Positions 1 to 10,390 of a DNA stretch of 64,000 bases are shown piece by piece. The first letter of the stretch is position 1, and each line of letters starts with the position of its first letter. The notes below the pieces were generated by a model. It was not told the origin of the DNA. It worked only from the letters and a program-made list of their open reading frames with translations, and searched no databases. Source of the DNA: Hydrolagus colliei. Lineage: Eukaryota. The translations under genes and the position numbers were made by a program. The DNA lies in the NCBI GenBank assembly GCA_035084275.1, contig CM068752.1:2604001-2668000 (forward strand), in the 5' to 3' direction.

Positions 1-289
1 TTGTGGCACTGATTTACTCATAGAATAATGGATTATAAGGAGTGATCTCAGTCTGTAATCTAACTGTGGCAATTGAGGAGGATTTTGAATGGAACAATCC
101 ATGGATATCTAATAGTGATTGCACACTGTAATCTAATGGATGGGTACAGGTGAATTTTTAGTAACTCCTGATAACTCATCACTCCGAGGGAGAAAGGATC
201 AGTGAAGAGGTAGGCATAGATCCTCCACCGCCACAAAGGGGCGCTGTGACTGATGCAAGTGCCCAGCGGAATTTGGGCGTGTTTGCTCA

Positions 290-602
290 GTAACACCGGA
301 GAAGCCTTTGCTTTATGGCCTTTAGTTTCATCCAGAACTCTGCAGCCCGCAGAGTCCTCTCCCGCACCAAGCTCCACGACCCTGTCACCCCACATATTCG
401 CCCAACTCCACTGGCTTCCCATCACTCAGAGAATTCAAGTAAAAATCCTGGTCCTCACCTTCAAAGCCCTCCATGGACTTGCCCCACCCTACCGTTACAA
501 CCTTCTAACTCCCTACTGTCCGTTCCCTCCTGCTCCATGTCCCCCAGCCCAAAGCCACTAGACAAATGTAATTTTGTGGCTGCTGTTATTGTTGTTGTTG
601 TT
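290..602 (+). mobile_element. L2 (LINE2) 3' fragment
   Basis: Encodes the L2 ORF2 C-terminal hallmark PHIFAQLHWLPITQRIQVKILVLTFKALHGLAPPY and ends in a (GTT)n tail. Confidence 0.85.
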
Positions 603-1148
603 TCTTGGAGGCCTCCCCCACCCACTCATGTCACAGGCCACAGTGCAGCCCTCAAACAGACCCAACATCTCTATGATGCATCTGAACATACTCACCCAGA
701 CTCCACTGAGACTGCCAGACAGACGGAAGGGCGGAGGCCATCTGCAATGACACCAGATGCTGCATGACACAGGTTATATGATTCTTTTGCGTTGAACGTA
801 CTCACAAGAATGTCTAGAATGTGCGACTAGTTACGTGTTAAGGGAGTGACTAGTGAAGCGGAGTCGCTTATTAACATTTTGAACTGGGAGGCGGCTGGGG
901 TATTGACGACGAGACAGCTTAAGTGTTAGCGACAAGTTCAACTAGGGTCTTGTTATCAGGAGTTTATGGTATATGTAGAACAGAAGATACCTGGAGTGAT
1001 TCCAAAGTAGTAAGTAATGCAATCCAATGGTTTCTGTGGATTGTGCAAACACTGAGGGAAAAGCCAAGGTGGAAATGAGTAAGCAAGAAAGACAGCCCGA
1101 GGGAGTAGCGAGATACTGAGCTTCAGTTTTATTAAACCTGGTGAATTG

Positions 1149-1455
1149 TAATAATAATAATAATAATAATAATAATCCTTGAATTTTGATCTAGCGCTTT
1201 TCACATCTTATCGACGTCTCAAAGCGCTTCACAGAATATACTGTAAAGTGAATTGACCGTATATTTGTGGGTGAAACGCGGCAGCCAATTGCGCACAGTC
1301 GTGGATTGAAATGACCAATTTTATTATTGTGGGTTTTTTGGACGGATTATTATTAGGTGTTTAGAGTAAGGAAACTTGCCTAAGGTTTCACCCTGACCTG
1401 CCTGGACTTGAACACATTTTCTCACGTTGTAAGGCAAGGACTCTGAGCTACAGGA
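1149..1455 (-). mobile_element. tRNA-derived SINE with L2-like tail
   Basis: Reverse complement of the window's dominant SINE: (AAT)n tail, GCGCTT..GACGTCTCAAAGCGC hairpin, decayed tRNA head (TGAGCTACAGGAGC). Confidence 0.85.
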
Positions 1456-2198
1456 GCAATAGAATTGTAGAAGGAAAGGAAGATTGAAATAGGTGAGGAG
1501 TTCATGATTGTGAGAAAGAAAGCAAGTAGGGGTTAAGGTAGATTGTTTCCATAGCATAATGCAATCTTAGGTGGGGCTGATGCCATAAAAATAATAATAC
1601 AGTAATAATAATCCTTGCATTTACAGCGCTTTTCATGTCTTTGAGATGCCTCAAAGTGCTTCACAGAATGTACTGTTTATATCACACTTTCAAAGTGGAA
1701 AAAAATCGAATTCAGGATTGATGAAAGTCTTCAGCATTTCTTCCATTTTTCATGATATGAAAACTCCAGGTTGCCAGTGGAGTTTTCAATGATTCTCTCT
1801 TGAGTGACTATCTCAGAGCTTTATCATTGTTATTACATTATATCAGGATAAGCACCATAAAGTCAAAATAACCTGATCTGTCATCCACCTATTCAGTTGT
1901 CCTAAGCAGCATTGTCAAGGATTTCCTATATTGACTTTTTGGCAAACCGCATGAGGTAAAACAATACACAGGAAGAGTGTCATGGAAAAGGTGAATAAGA
2001 CACTTTATATAGACTTTTTTTTTAACCCTCTCGGCAACAGAAATAACTAACCAAAGCAGCTGAAATATAATAATAGTATTCCCGCAAACACTCAAGCAGT
2101 GAACAACCAAATTTTTAAGATTTTTTCGGGGGGGTGGGGAGGGTTCAAGAAACCAGTAGAGAAACTCTCTTCACTTTTCAAATAGTGAGGAGTCTTTA

Positions 2199-2425
2199 CC
2201 ACAACAACAACAACTTCGATTTATATAGCGCCCTCACTCCACGCCAGACGGCATCTCAGAGCGTTTCACAATAACGGATCCCGCGACTGAGCCAGAGCCA
2301 GGGGCAGGGGGATAAAGGTGACCGAAGGTACGGTCGAAAAGAAGGTCTTGAGTTAGCCGTGACCTGAAACTAGGAAGAGAGGGAGTGAGGCGAAGGGAGT
2401 GAGGAAGGGAGTTCCAGAGCTGAAA
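2199..2425 (-). mobile_element. L2 3' end fragment
   Basis: (CAA)n tail on +; minus strand reads LWNSLPHSLRLTPSLPSFRSRL..LFDRTF, typical of the L2 ORF2 end. Confidence 0.75.
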
Positions 2426-2701
2426 GTCCACCTGAACAGAAATTCAGTTTAATTTCTCATCTGAAGCACGACACAGCTGCCATTGAATGGAGGTAAGGGA
2501 ATTAATTCCGTCTGTCAGACCCAGCTTTGAGAACTTTATGTGCTGTATATCTGAACAAAACAGGTGCTCAATTATTTGTCATGGACAACAGATGTTCTAT
2601 CAAAAATTGATACGTTTAAAACAACACGGCAAACAATAAAGTGAATTTAATATTGCAAAGAAAGGCTTTAGAGAAACAGCAAGTGGGAAAGTCTAAGAGT
2701 T

Positions 2702-2875
2702 GAATAATAATAATAATAATCATTGTATTCGATATAGCGCTTTTCACGTCTTCTAGACGTCTCAAAGCGCTTCACGGAGTATACTGTAAAGTGAATTAAT
2801 TGTATATTTACGGGTGAAAGTCGGCAGCCAATTGCGCACAGCAGCGTCCCCACAAACAGTTGTGAATTGAGTGAC
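2702..2875 (-). mobile_element. SINE 3' half
   Basis: Matches the 3' body and tail of the dominant SINE. Confidence 0.8.
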
Positions 2876-4669
2876 AAGGCAGGCTGGGGTGAATGAGTGT
2901 GATCCTCGGCCTCACCTGATTCCCACATTTGAATATGTTTTTTTAGCAGAGTTCATCAGCCAACATACAGCATCTCAACCTAACGGCCATCTTCCATGCG
3001 TGCAACTAGACGGGTTACTTGACTGTGTGTGTGTGTGTGACTGTGTGGGGGGGAAGATATCATAACTGAGTCCCCAAATCCATCTTCCACTTGCTTGCCT
3101 GCATTGTATCTCTGAACAGAACAAGTGCTGATTTTGGCTGATACGTTATCAGAAGAGTTGCAGCGTTGATAGCATCAGACAGGAGTAAATAGATAATATC
3201 TAGCAGGAAACCCAGCTGCTAATTGTAGCTTGCAGATTACCGCCCTGATTCAAATCCCAGCACACAGCAAATTCTCCTGAAGGGAAAGGCTGTAGAGTAT
3301 AATATACACGTCACGTGTAATGCCTTAATAGTATTTCTAGGAAGGTTTCATTTCTCCTGTGTTGCTAGAGCTTTGTCACTTCTTATACTTACACAGACAT
3401 TTAATCTGGCAGAGGGTGTGACCTAAAGTTGCATTTCCACGACATTTTGAGTGGGAAGAAGCTGCCCACAACATTTCTCATATAGCACGTCATCAGAATG
3501 GAACTCAATATTGTCAGAGTTCTGCTTCCTCTGGATCAGCATTTTGAAACATAAGCCTCAGCAACAAAAATAAGACCGAGTATGGTTTGCTTTTTGAACA
3601 ATATTTAGGCTTTTACGGCGCAACCTAATGGGACGCTGCTCTCTCTTAATTGTATTTTAAGCACATAAATCGAAAGGAAACCAGCAATTTCCTGGGGGTT
3701 AAAGCGAGGGATTAAGAATAACTTTACCTACTTTATGCACTTCTGGATAGGGGCAGCTGTATAAACACCGAGCTTGTTCGCAATTATCTGAAATCATCTG
3801 GAAAGGGATTTTTCTAATTTTCATCACTGTTGGCTTGATAGGAATTTCTCAGTCTCATGCCAATTCACCAACATGAAAGTGAACCCTGATCCCACGACTT
3901 TGCAGATCTGCACAAATGCGATACAAGTGGGTTTTTTTCAGGAGGCTGGATATGTCATAAATACAACTCTTCATAATGAAATGAAAGCACCTAATTAAGC
4001 GTTACTGATGACATTTGAGTGAAACAGAGAGCAACAGCGTTGTTCAACTTGAAATTCCGGCAATTCATTTCAAATGACCTAATGTGTGAGGCAAACGGTT
4101 TCTATTCATTGAGCTTGTTACATTTCTGTTATTCAAGCCGTGCTGCATTGTGTTCTACAAAACACATTGTGAATCTCCGACTGCTTAATGCGGCTGAAAT
4201 TGAATGAGTGCTCTCGGAAAAGCCCGGTTAACGTAATTAATGAGTAGATAGGTCAAAGTCAGCTAATGTACAATCCAGTAAAATAGCTTTGCATAGTTTA
4301 CAAAATCTTTTTTCTTGTAACATAATAATCCTCGCGTTTGATATAGCGGGTGAAACTCATCTTCTCGGGCCAGGGCCACTTTGTTTCGATGTGTTTGCTT
4401 ACGGGAGAGTTTCAATAGTCTGAAATCTTTTGATGAAACAAATCTCCAATAACAAATGAAATAATCAATTGTAAATGCAGGGGAATTCTCAGCAGAGCAA
4501 CTGGCATCCAACGGAGACAGATGAGTCGAACGCTGCAAGTATTAGCCCCACCCCACACTATCCGGTGTGAAATGGGTGGTTGAAAACGTTGTTGTCAAAA
4601 CTGAAACCATGAGCTCTCCATGAGGACGGTGAGAGTACAACAAGAGTGGATGTCTATTAACAGACCCAC

Positions 4670-4857
4670 CTACATCCAGTGCCTTTTCCAATCATTCCCA
4701 GATGTCGGGCTGATCCTTGTGGTAAACCAGTTCATGTGGCATTTTTCCGATGATTTTAACATATGGGACAGGAAATATCCCTTTTCAGTTAGTTCCCCCA
4801 GGGTGTTTCCCTTCATACCAGTTTTCATCTACTCTCCCGAGGAGAATCAATCTCTGA
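4670..4857 (-). pseudogene. SORBS-like pseudo-exon, SH3-2 core
   Basis: tatttcacag acceptor; [31 protein letters not shown] resembles SORBS2 [26 protein letters not shown]; TGA at 4785-4787. Confidence 0.85.
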
Positions 4858-5139
4858 CTGTGAAATACAACCCCAGCCCTTCGTTTGAGTGAAATACAAT
4901 TTGCATTTATGTAGTGCTTTTTGTATTGCCTTTCACGTAATAAATACAGCACAATGATCAAATCACATTTTCACTTGTTCTCTTGATGAATTTATCTCTG
5001 AACAGTAAGTGATTCAGTAAACTGTGTAGCTAAACCCGGGAGGATGTGTCAATATTTTGTTATTGTGGAGTGGAACTCATCTGTAATAATAACGTATTCC
5101 TGATGTAGAAGGCACTATACAAGTGTAATCTTGTTGTTG

Positions 5140-5447
5140 TTGTTAGAGCACTCGCCTTACAAGCGTAAGACCTGTGTTTCGAATCCAGGCAGGTCAGGGC
5201 AAAACTTTGGGCAAGTTTCCTTGCGCCACACTCCTAATAACAATCCGTCCAAAAAAACAACTACTGTATAATAAAAGGGGTCATTTTAATCCTCGACTGT
5301 TTGTGGGACGCAGCTGTGCGCAAATGGCTGCCGCGTTTCGCCCATAAATGTACAGTCAAATCACTTTACAGTATATTATGTGAAGTGCTTTGAGATGTCT
5401 AGCAGATGTGATAAGGCGCTAAATCAAATGCAAGGATATTATTATTT
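5140..5447 (+). mobile_element. tRNA-derived SINE (5' clipped)
   Basis: GTTAGAGCACTCGCC head, B-box TTCGAATCC, conserved body and tail. Confidence 0.85.
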
Positions 5448-5652
5448 AATTTTATATTAATAATAATAATTGTTGTGTCCCGTAATGCGAAAATAAAAAC
5501 ACGTCTTCTTACCACAGGAATTGTTTCTTTTCAGATTAGTGTAAATGCATATTCTATCTGCAAATAAATCCAGATTTAGTTTTTTTTTTAAATGAAGACT
5601 TCCACACCAGCAGCCGACAATAATATAAGTATGTGCTTAAATATATTGTGCA

Positions 5653-5810
5653 TAATAATAATCATCCTTGCTTTATCAAATCTCTGAGACGTCTCAAAGA
5701 ACTTCACAGAATATGCTCTTAAGTGAATTGACTGTATAGTTTGTGGGTGAAACGCCTCAGCCGGTTGCCCACAGCAGTGTCCCATTAAAACAGTTGTGGA
5801 TTAAGTGACC
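5653..5810 (-). mobile_element. SINE 3' half
   Basis: Dominant SINE body and tail in reverse orientation. Confidence 0.75.
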
Positions 5811-5816
5811 GCATAC

Positions 5817-5928
5817 TAAGTATGTATCTATCAGGAAGATACCACTCCCACCACTCGCCTTTGACTCCGGTCGTGATCGATCAGTCTGTAGTTCAGGACG
5901 GTGTCTCCTGTTCCTGACAGGCAATTCT
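5817..5928 (-). pseudogene. SORBS-like pseudo-exon, SH3-1 core
   Basis: tttctgcag|A GAA TTG CCT (phase 2, ELP), then GDTVLNYRLIDHD and GIF in shifting frames; donor gtatgc; 112 nt. Confidence 0.7.
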
Positions 5929-6687
5929 CTGCAGAAACATATTTCAGAGTTTTTCAGTGTCTTCATGAGGCTGAACTTTGGACATGATCATGTTTCCGGA
6001 TTAAAATAATCGATTTAATTGCACGCGGCATCTCTCAGATGTATTACGTGATTAAAGTTGGCCAGAAATCGAACTGTGTTAATGGTCTTTTTGCTAATGT
6101 GGCAAGTCAGGGTAACATTTTGGAACGGTGTTAGGGAGGGTGGCCAAAACAAAATCATCTGCTTTGCACATGGATATGCGAGCAGATGAATTCAGTACAC
6201 GGTGGGGATGGGGGGGGGGGGGGGGGGGGGAGCAACAAAAAACTTACCATTTGTATTTCAGCTATTACCACCAACGTGTATTTTAAATTGTCACACATTT
6301 TTTTAATAACACAGTCTCTATTTTTTTTTGTTGACGTGCTTGTTTTTTTGAAGCATCGAAAGTCACTGGCAGAAAGGGAGTTCAATGGTTCCGAAGGAGT
6401 TGGGGGAGAGGAGGGTGGGAGGCACTAGCAGGTCACAAAAGAGCAGCTCGATGAGGAAGGAAAGAAAGGAATAAAGAATCCAAACAGGATGTAGGGTGTA
6501 TATTATTCTGCTTCGAGGTTGTCAAACTCAGCTCGTAACAAAATACAAAGCGAGCAGATAAATAGCCTTAATCTAGAATGGCAGTGTTTTGGCGAAGACA
6601 ATTCATGTCGGTTCCTTAAGTCTTTGTTTCGATTCCTACCAAAGTTTTCTGTATTTGTCAACAGTTGTGAACTGTGAATAGTTCCTA

Positions 6688-6880
6688 TTATAATAATCCT
6701 TGCATTTGATATAGTGCTTTCCACATCTTCTAGACGTCTCAAAGCACTTCTCAGAATATACTGTAAATTGAAATGACTGTATATTGTGGGTGAAGCGTGG
6801 CAGCCAATTGCGCACAGCAGTGTCCCACAAACAGTCGTGGATAGAAATGACCAATTCTTTTTGAGGGATGATATTATTTG
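6688..6880 (-). mobile_element. SINE 3' half
   Basis: Dominant SINE body and tail in reverse orientation. Confidence 0.8.
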
Positions 6881-7177
6881 ACAATAAGCCTTGCATTTTG
6901 CCTTATGGTTTGGAGACGCGGCAACCAGTTGCACACAGCAAACCAAGATTCATTTATTTAATAAGCAAGATACAGTACAATGATTAAACCACAGTGAATG
7001 TAGAACTGGAAGAGAAAGCGATGAAGATTAGCAGCAAAAATATTGGAATGCAATGGAATATCATCTAATTTAATCGAATGCGGTCATTTTATTAAACTCT
7101 TTTGTTGAACTTTCTTTCTAATTTAAAAAATAACTTCAACATGGCATAAAACTAAAAACACATTTATTGGTACTCAC

Positions 7178-7231
7178 TTTAAAGTTGACCGTTTGACTGT
7201 AGAAATGGTACTTTGCTCGTACAGTTTGTCC
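7178..7231 (-). pseudogene. SORBS-like pseudo-exon, start of SH3-1
   Basis: ttatttcag|GGACAA...TTTAAA|gtgagta; removing a 7-nt near-duplication (ACGGTCA) gives a 47-nt phase 0-2 exon GQTVRAKYHFYSQTLK, compare SORBS1 MRPARAKFDFKAQTLK. Confidence 0.7.
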
Positions 7232-7490
7232 CTGAAATAATAAAATTCAGAGATAAAGGATAAATTCTTTCAAGAGAAATAATCCATTGTGACCATTAAA
7301 GTTAACTGATATTCATCATAACTTGTACGGGTAGACATAGCAAACGGTAATATGGAGTGTGGGTCAATTACGCTCCATGTATTCTTCATTTTATATATCA
7401 TACTTCCGTTTGATATTGATATACTGTAGTTACTTTCATATTGGAAGGATGTCTCAAAATATTTCAAAGGATGTATGGCAAATGCAGAGA

Positions 7491-7524
<34 letters not shown>

Positions 7525-7726
7525 CTATGTGTGTATACACGCTGCTCTACCATCTTTCATCGTATTCTTCAAAGGGAGGTGGATGGGGGAAGCATAACTG
7601 CCTGTGTTTTTTTATTGTTGTCACAAAAAAAAATTCTAGATGCTGTCTTAGAGTTTGTTTAATTTAATTATACTCGATTTTAAAAAAATGATGTTTGCTT
7701 TTTAACTCTGGTTCTAATATTTTCAG

Positions 7727-7974
7727 GCCAAGTGACCTCCCTTCTGCAGGATAACAGCACCGACCTGTCTCCTGATACCTTCCAGATGTGGAGATTTAAA
7801 ACCGCTGAGAGGTATTGTGTGAGCAATGCAGAAATAGACCCACTTCCCCAGTCAGCCTTTCCCCCTTTGGCTACAGGACTCACTCTGAGACACCCCTCCA
7901 GGGAAACCAAACGTGAACCCAGTGTAACTCCTGGCCTGCCAAAGAGCTTAATATTCCAGCACTTCAGGTCCGAG
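7727..7974 (+). other. Orphan coding-like exon candidate
   Basis: Strong acceptor (ttctaatattttcag), stop-free frame QVTSLLQDNSTDLSPDTFQMWRFKTAERYCVSNAEIDPLPQSAFPPL..FRSE, possible donor GAG|gttaaa, GC above flanks; no family recognised. Confidence 0.3.
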
Positions 7975-8257
7975 GTTAAACTTCCCGTTTTAATTTCCTT
8001 TTAAATTTATGAATGCACTTTATTAACAAACTCCCAAGCGATCAGGCATTTTGTGGTAATTAGCAGTTCAGGGAGTGGTGTGACCGTAACATCTAGCTTG
8101 CAATTATCCCCGTAATCATTTCACGATCTTGTTTATTGGCTGTCAAGCTCTCTGGGACGCTACCCTGCGAGAGCAACGATTATATACATGCAAGTTGTTG
8201 TTGTTGTCGTTGTCTAGGGCAACAGGCTAAGTTAAACAGAGGGTTAGGACACCAAAG

Positions 8258-8382
8258 ACACTGAAATACTGCAGATGCTGGAAATATGAAATACGAACAG
8301 AAGTGGCTGTGAACACTCGGCAGGTCAGGTAGCATCTATGGAGAGAGGATAATGAGTTAATGTTTCAGGTAGATGACCTTTC
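8258..8382 (+). mobile_element. Chondrichthyan interspersed repeat fragment (Penelope-like)
   Basis: AAATACTGCAGATGCTGGAAAT...GGCAGGTCAGGTAGCATCTATGGAGAGAG...GAGTTAATGTTTCAGG resembles a very common shark repeat (from recall). Confidence 0.5.
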
Positions 8383-8431
8383 CTAGAGGCTAGGATACTC
8401 CTAATCGGAAGGGAGGGAATATCAAAAGGCA

Positions 8432-8810
8432 AATCAAGATCTTGGTCCTCACCTTCAAGGCCCTCCAAGGCCTGGTCCCACCCTACCATTCCGACCTACT
8501 AACCCGTCAGCGGGCTCCAGTCTGTTCCACATCCCCCTCTACACCCGCCCCACCATCAGCGGGCAAGCCTTCACCCACTCTGACCTCAACATTTGGAATT
8601 CTATCCCACAATCCCTCCACTTCGCCCCCTCCCTAGCCTCCTAGACCATCCTTTCGACCGTGCCATCGATCTCCCCCTCCTCCCCGCATTCCCTCCACCC
8701 TCCTCGATCCCCGACCCCAACTGAGGTTCGAAACACTGACTGTCCAGCGCTTTGGGACGTCCTCCCGACATGAAAGGCGCTTTACAAAATGTAATTTTAT
8801 TGTTTGTTGA
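8432..8810 (+). mobile_element. L2 3' fragment
   Basis: KILVLTFKALQGLVPPY motif, 3' stem-loop GCGCTTTGGGACGTCCTCCCGACATGAAAGGCGC, GTT-rich tail. Confidence 0.85.
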
Positions 8811-9551
8811 TGTGCGTCTTGACATTTTCAAGACACAATTGAAATCTCTGCGCTGAATGCACGTGGAAAACATTATTTGGGTCACATTAGAACATTTTCC
8901 TTTGTGAGGACTCTCCTCCCCCACACCCAACCCCCAACCCACGCGCCCCCACCTTAAAAATAAATGCTGTTGTTAATTTGGCAGACTTTTCCCATTGAGT
9001 GAATGGCGCCTGCTCCACAGTGAGCATGTTCCTGTGTCAATAGAAAAAGTGTGCTCTTGGGTGGTCCGACTGCTACAGTATATCTGCTGAAAATGGCCAC
9101 AAGGTTATTTGTTTTTAAAGCCCAGACCTAAACAGTTAGACGCAATCTATTTATGTAATGGAGTCTTTCTCCGCTAAAGTGGACCTCTTTTGCAATTATT
9201 TTTTTGGCTGTGGATAATGCTTGATGATCCACGGAATGTTAATATGGTCGAGGTTTAATTAGACATCAGAGTCGCTTGCTGAACCTCAACTTTGTAATAT
9301 TCCATTGTAACAGAATGCATTAAAGAGGCTTGAATTAAGATCTAACTCCAGACCTTTTAACACGAGTCAAATGTTTATGATGGACAGCAAAAAATATTCT
9401 GGCACGTTTCATCTTCCTAATCATTCTCCAGTTATTCCTTGAAGGAATTCTTAAGCGAGGATGTCAAGAAATATAGGATTAAACTCTGCAGTGCTCTACG
9501 GTTAAATAGCTTGTGAATACGAACAATCAAGACTCGCAGATGAAGAATCCT

Positions 9552-9880
9552 GGAGCTCCGGTAGCTCAGTGGTTAGAGCTACTCGCCTTACAAGCGTGAG
9601 ACCTTTGTTCGAATCCAGGCAGAGCAGGTCGAAACCTTAGGCAAGTTTCCTTACTCCATACACACGCCTGATAATAACCCGTCCAAAAAAAAACCACAAT
9701 AATAAAATTGGTCATTTCAATCCACGACTGTTTGTGAGGACGTGCTGTGTGCAATTGGCTGCCGCATTTTGCCCACAAATATACAGCCAATTCACTTTAC
9801 AGTATAGTCTGTAAAGCGCTTTGAGACGTCGATAAGATGTGAAAAGCTCTATATTAAATGCAAGGATTATTATTATTATA
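9552..9880 (+). mobile_element. Full-length tRNA-derived SINE
   Basis: A-box TAGCTCAGTGG, B-box GTTCGAATCC, body, L2-like hairpin, (ATT)n tail. Confidence 0.9.
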
Positions 9881-10024
9881 AGAATAGCCACTTGACTGAG
9901 TTACCACAGAGTTTTGGTCACAAATGGGATGACATAAAGCTCAATACAGAGAGAGTAGACAAAAAGAACGGATTTATGTTTTGAGTTTACCTTTGAATGA
10001 AAGAATGCTTTGCACTATAGCAGT

Positions 10025-10390
10025 TCTGCAGCTCAGTGGTTAGAGCACTAGCCTCGCAAGCGAGACACCTGGGTTTGATTCCCAGCAGAGCGAAATGTTG
10101 GGCACATTGTCTTACTCCATATGGCTCTGCTTATCTAGCAGTAAGTAAGAACATGGTTGTTAGTCGATTGGCAGATCGCTTTTCCAGGGGTAATAATTCC
10201 TTAAACAAAAAATAATAATGAATTGGTCACTTCAATCCACTGTTTGTGGGACACTGCTGTGTGGTGTTTGGCTGCAGTGTTTCGCCCACAAAATATACAG
10301 TCGATTCACTTTACAGTAGATTTGAAGTGTTTTGAGATATCTTGAAGATGTGATAAGGCCTTATAATCACACAGAAGGATTATTATTATA
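10025..10390 (+). mobile_element. tRNA-derived SINE, long subfamily
   Basis: Same head and tail plus extra internal segment CTCTGCTTATCTAGCAGTAAGTAAGAACATGGTTGTTAGTCGATTGG. Confidence 0.85.

Larger units (their letters stand above)
4670..7231 (-). pseudogene. Degraded SORBS-family (sorbin and SH3 domain) gene remnant, SH3-1 and SH3-2 exons
   Basis: Three colinear minus-strand pseudo-exons (7231-7178, 5928-5817, 4857-4670) translate to GQTVRAKYHFYSQT..K, ELPVR.GDTVLNYRLIDHD..GIF..Y and [35 protein letters not shown]; splice sites retained, with frameshifts and stops. Confidence 0.8.

Noticed and set aside
3728-3797. Minus-strand exon-like segment (EQARCLYSCPYPE) as the third SH3 exon
   Set aside because: Lacks the DELEL..GD and WF.G signatures; similarity too weak
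4785-4787. Selenocysteine or readthrough at the TGA
   Set aside because: Neighbouring exons carry frameshifts and a second TGA follows; no SECIS evidence
6248-6365. Minus-strand segment with acceptor and gtaagt donor
   Set aside because: Low-complexity A-rich content with no recognisable homology, and no SORBS exon is expected there
4670-7231. SH3 fragments as part of SH3PXD2B (expected syntenic neighbour)
   Set aside because: Wrong strand relative to UBTD2, and the WYEGK.PGTN..GIFP motif and exon layout fit SORBS rather than SH3PXD2B
9552-9630. tRNA genes at SINE heads
   Set aside because: A/B boxes are followed by SINE body and tail, with no complete acceptor stem or Pol III terminator
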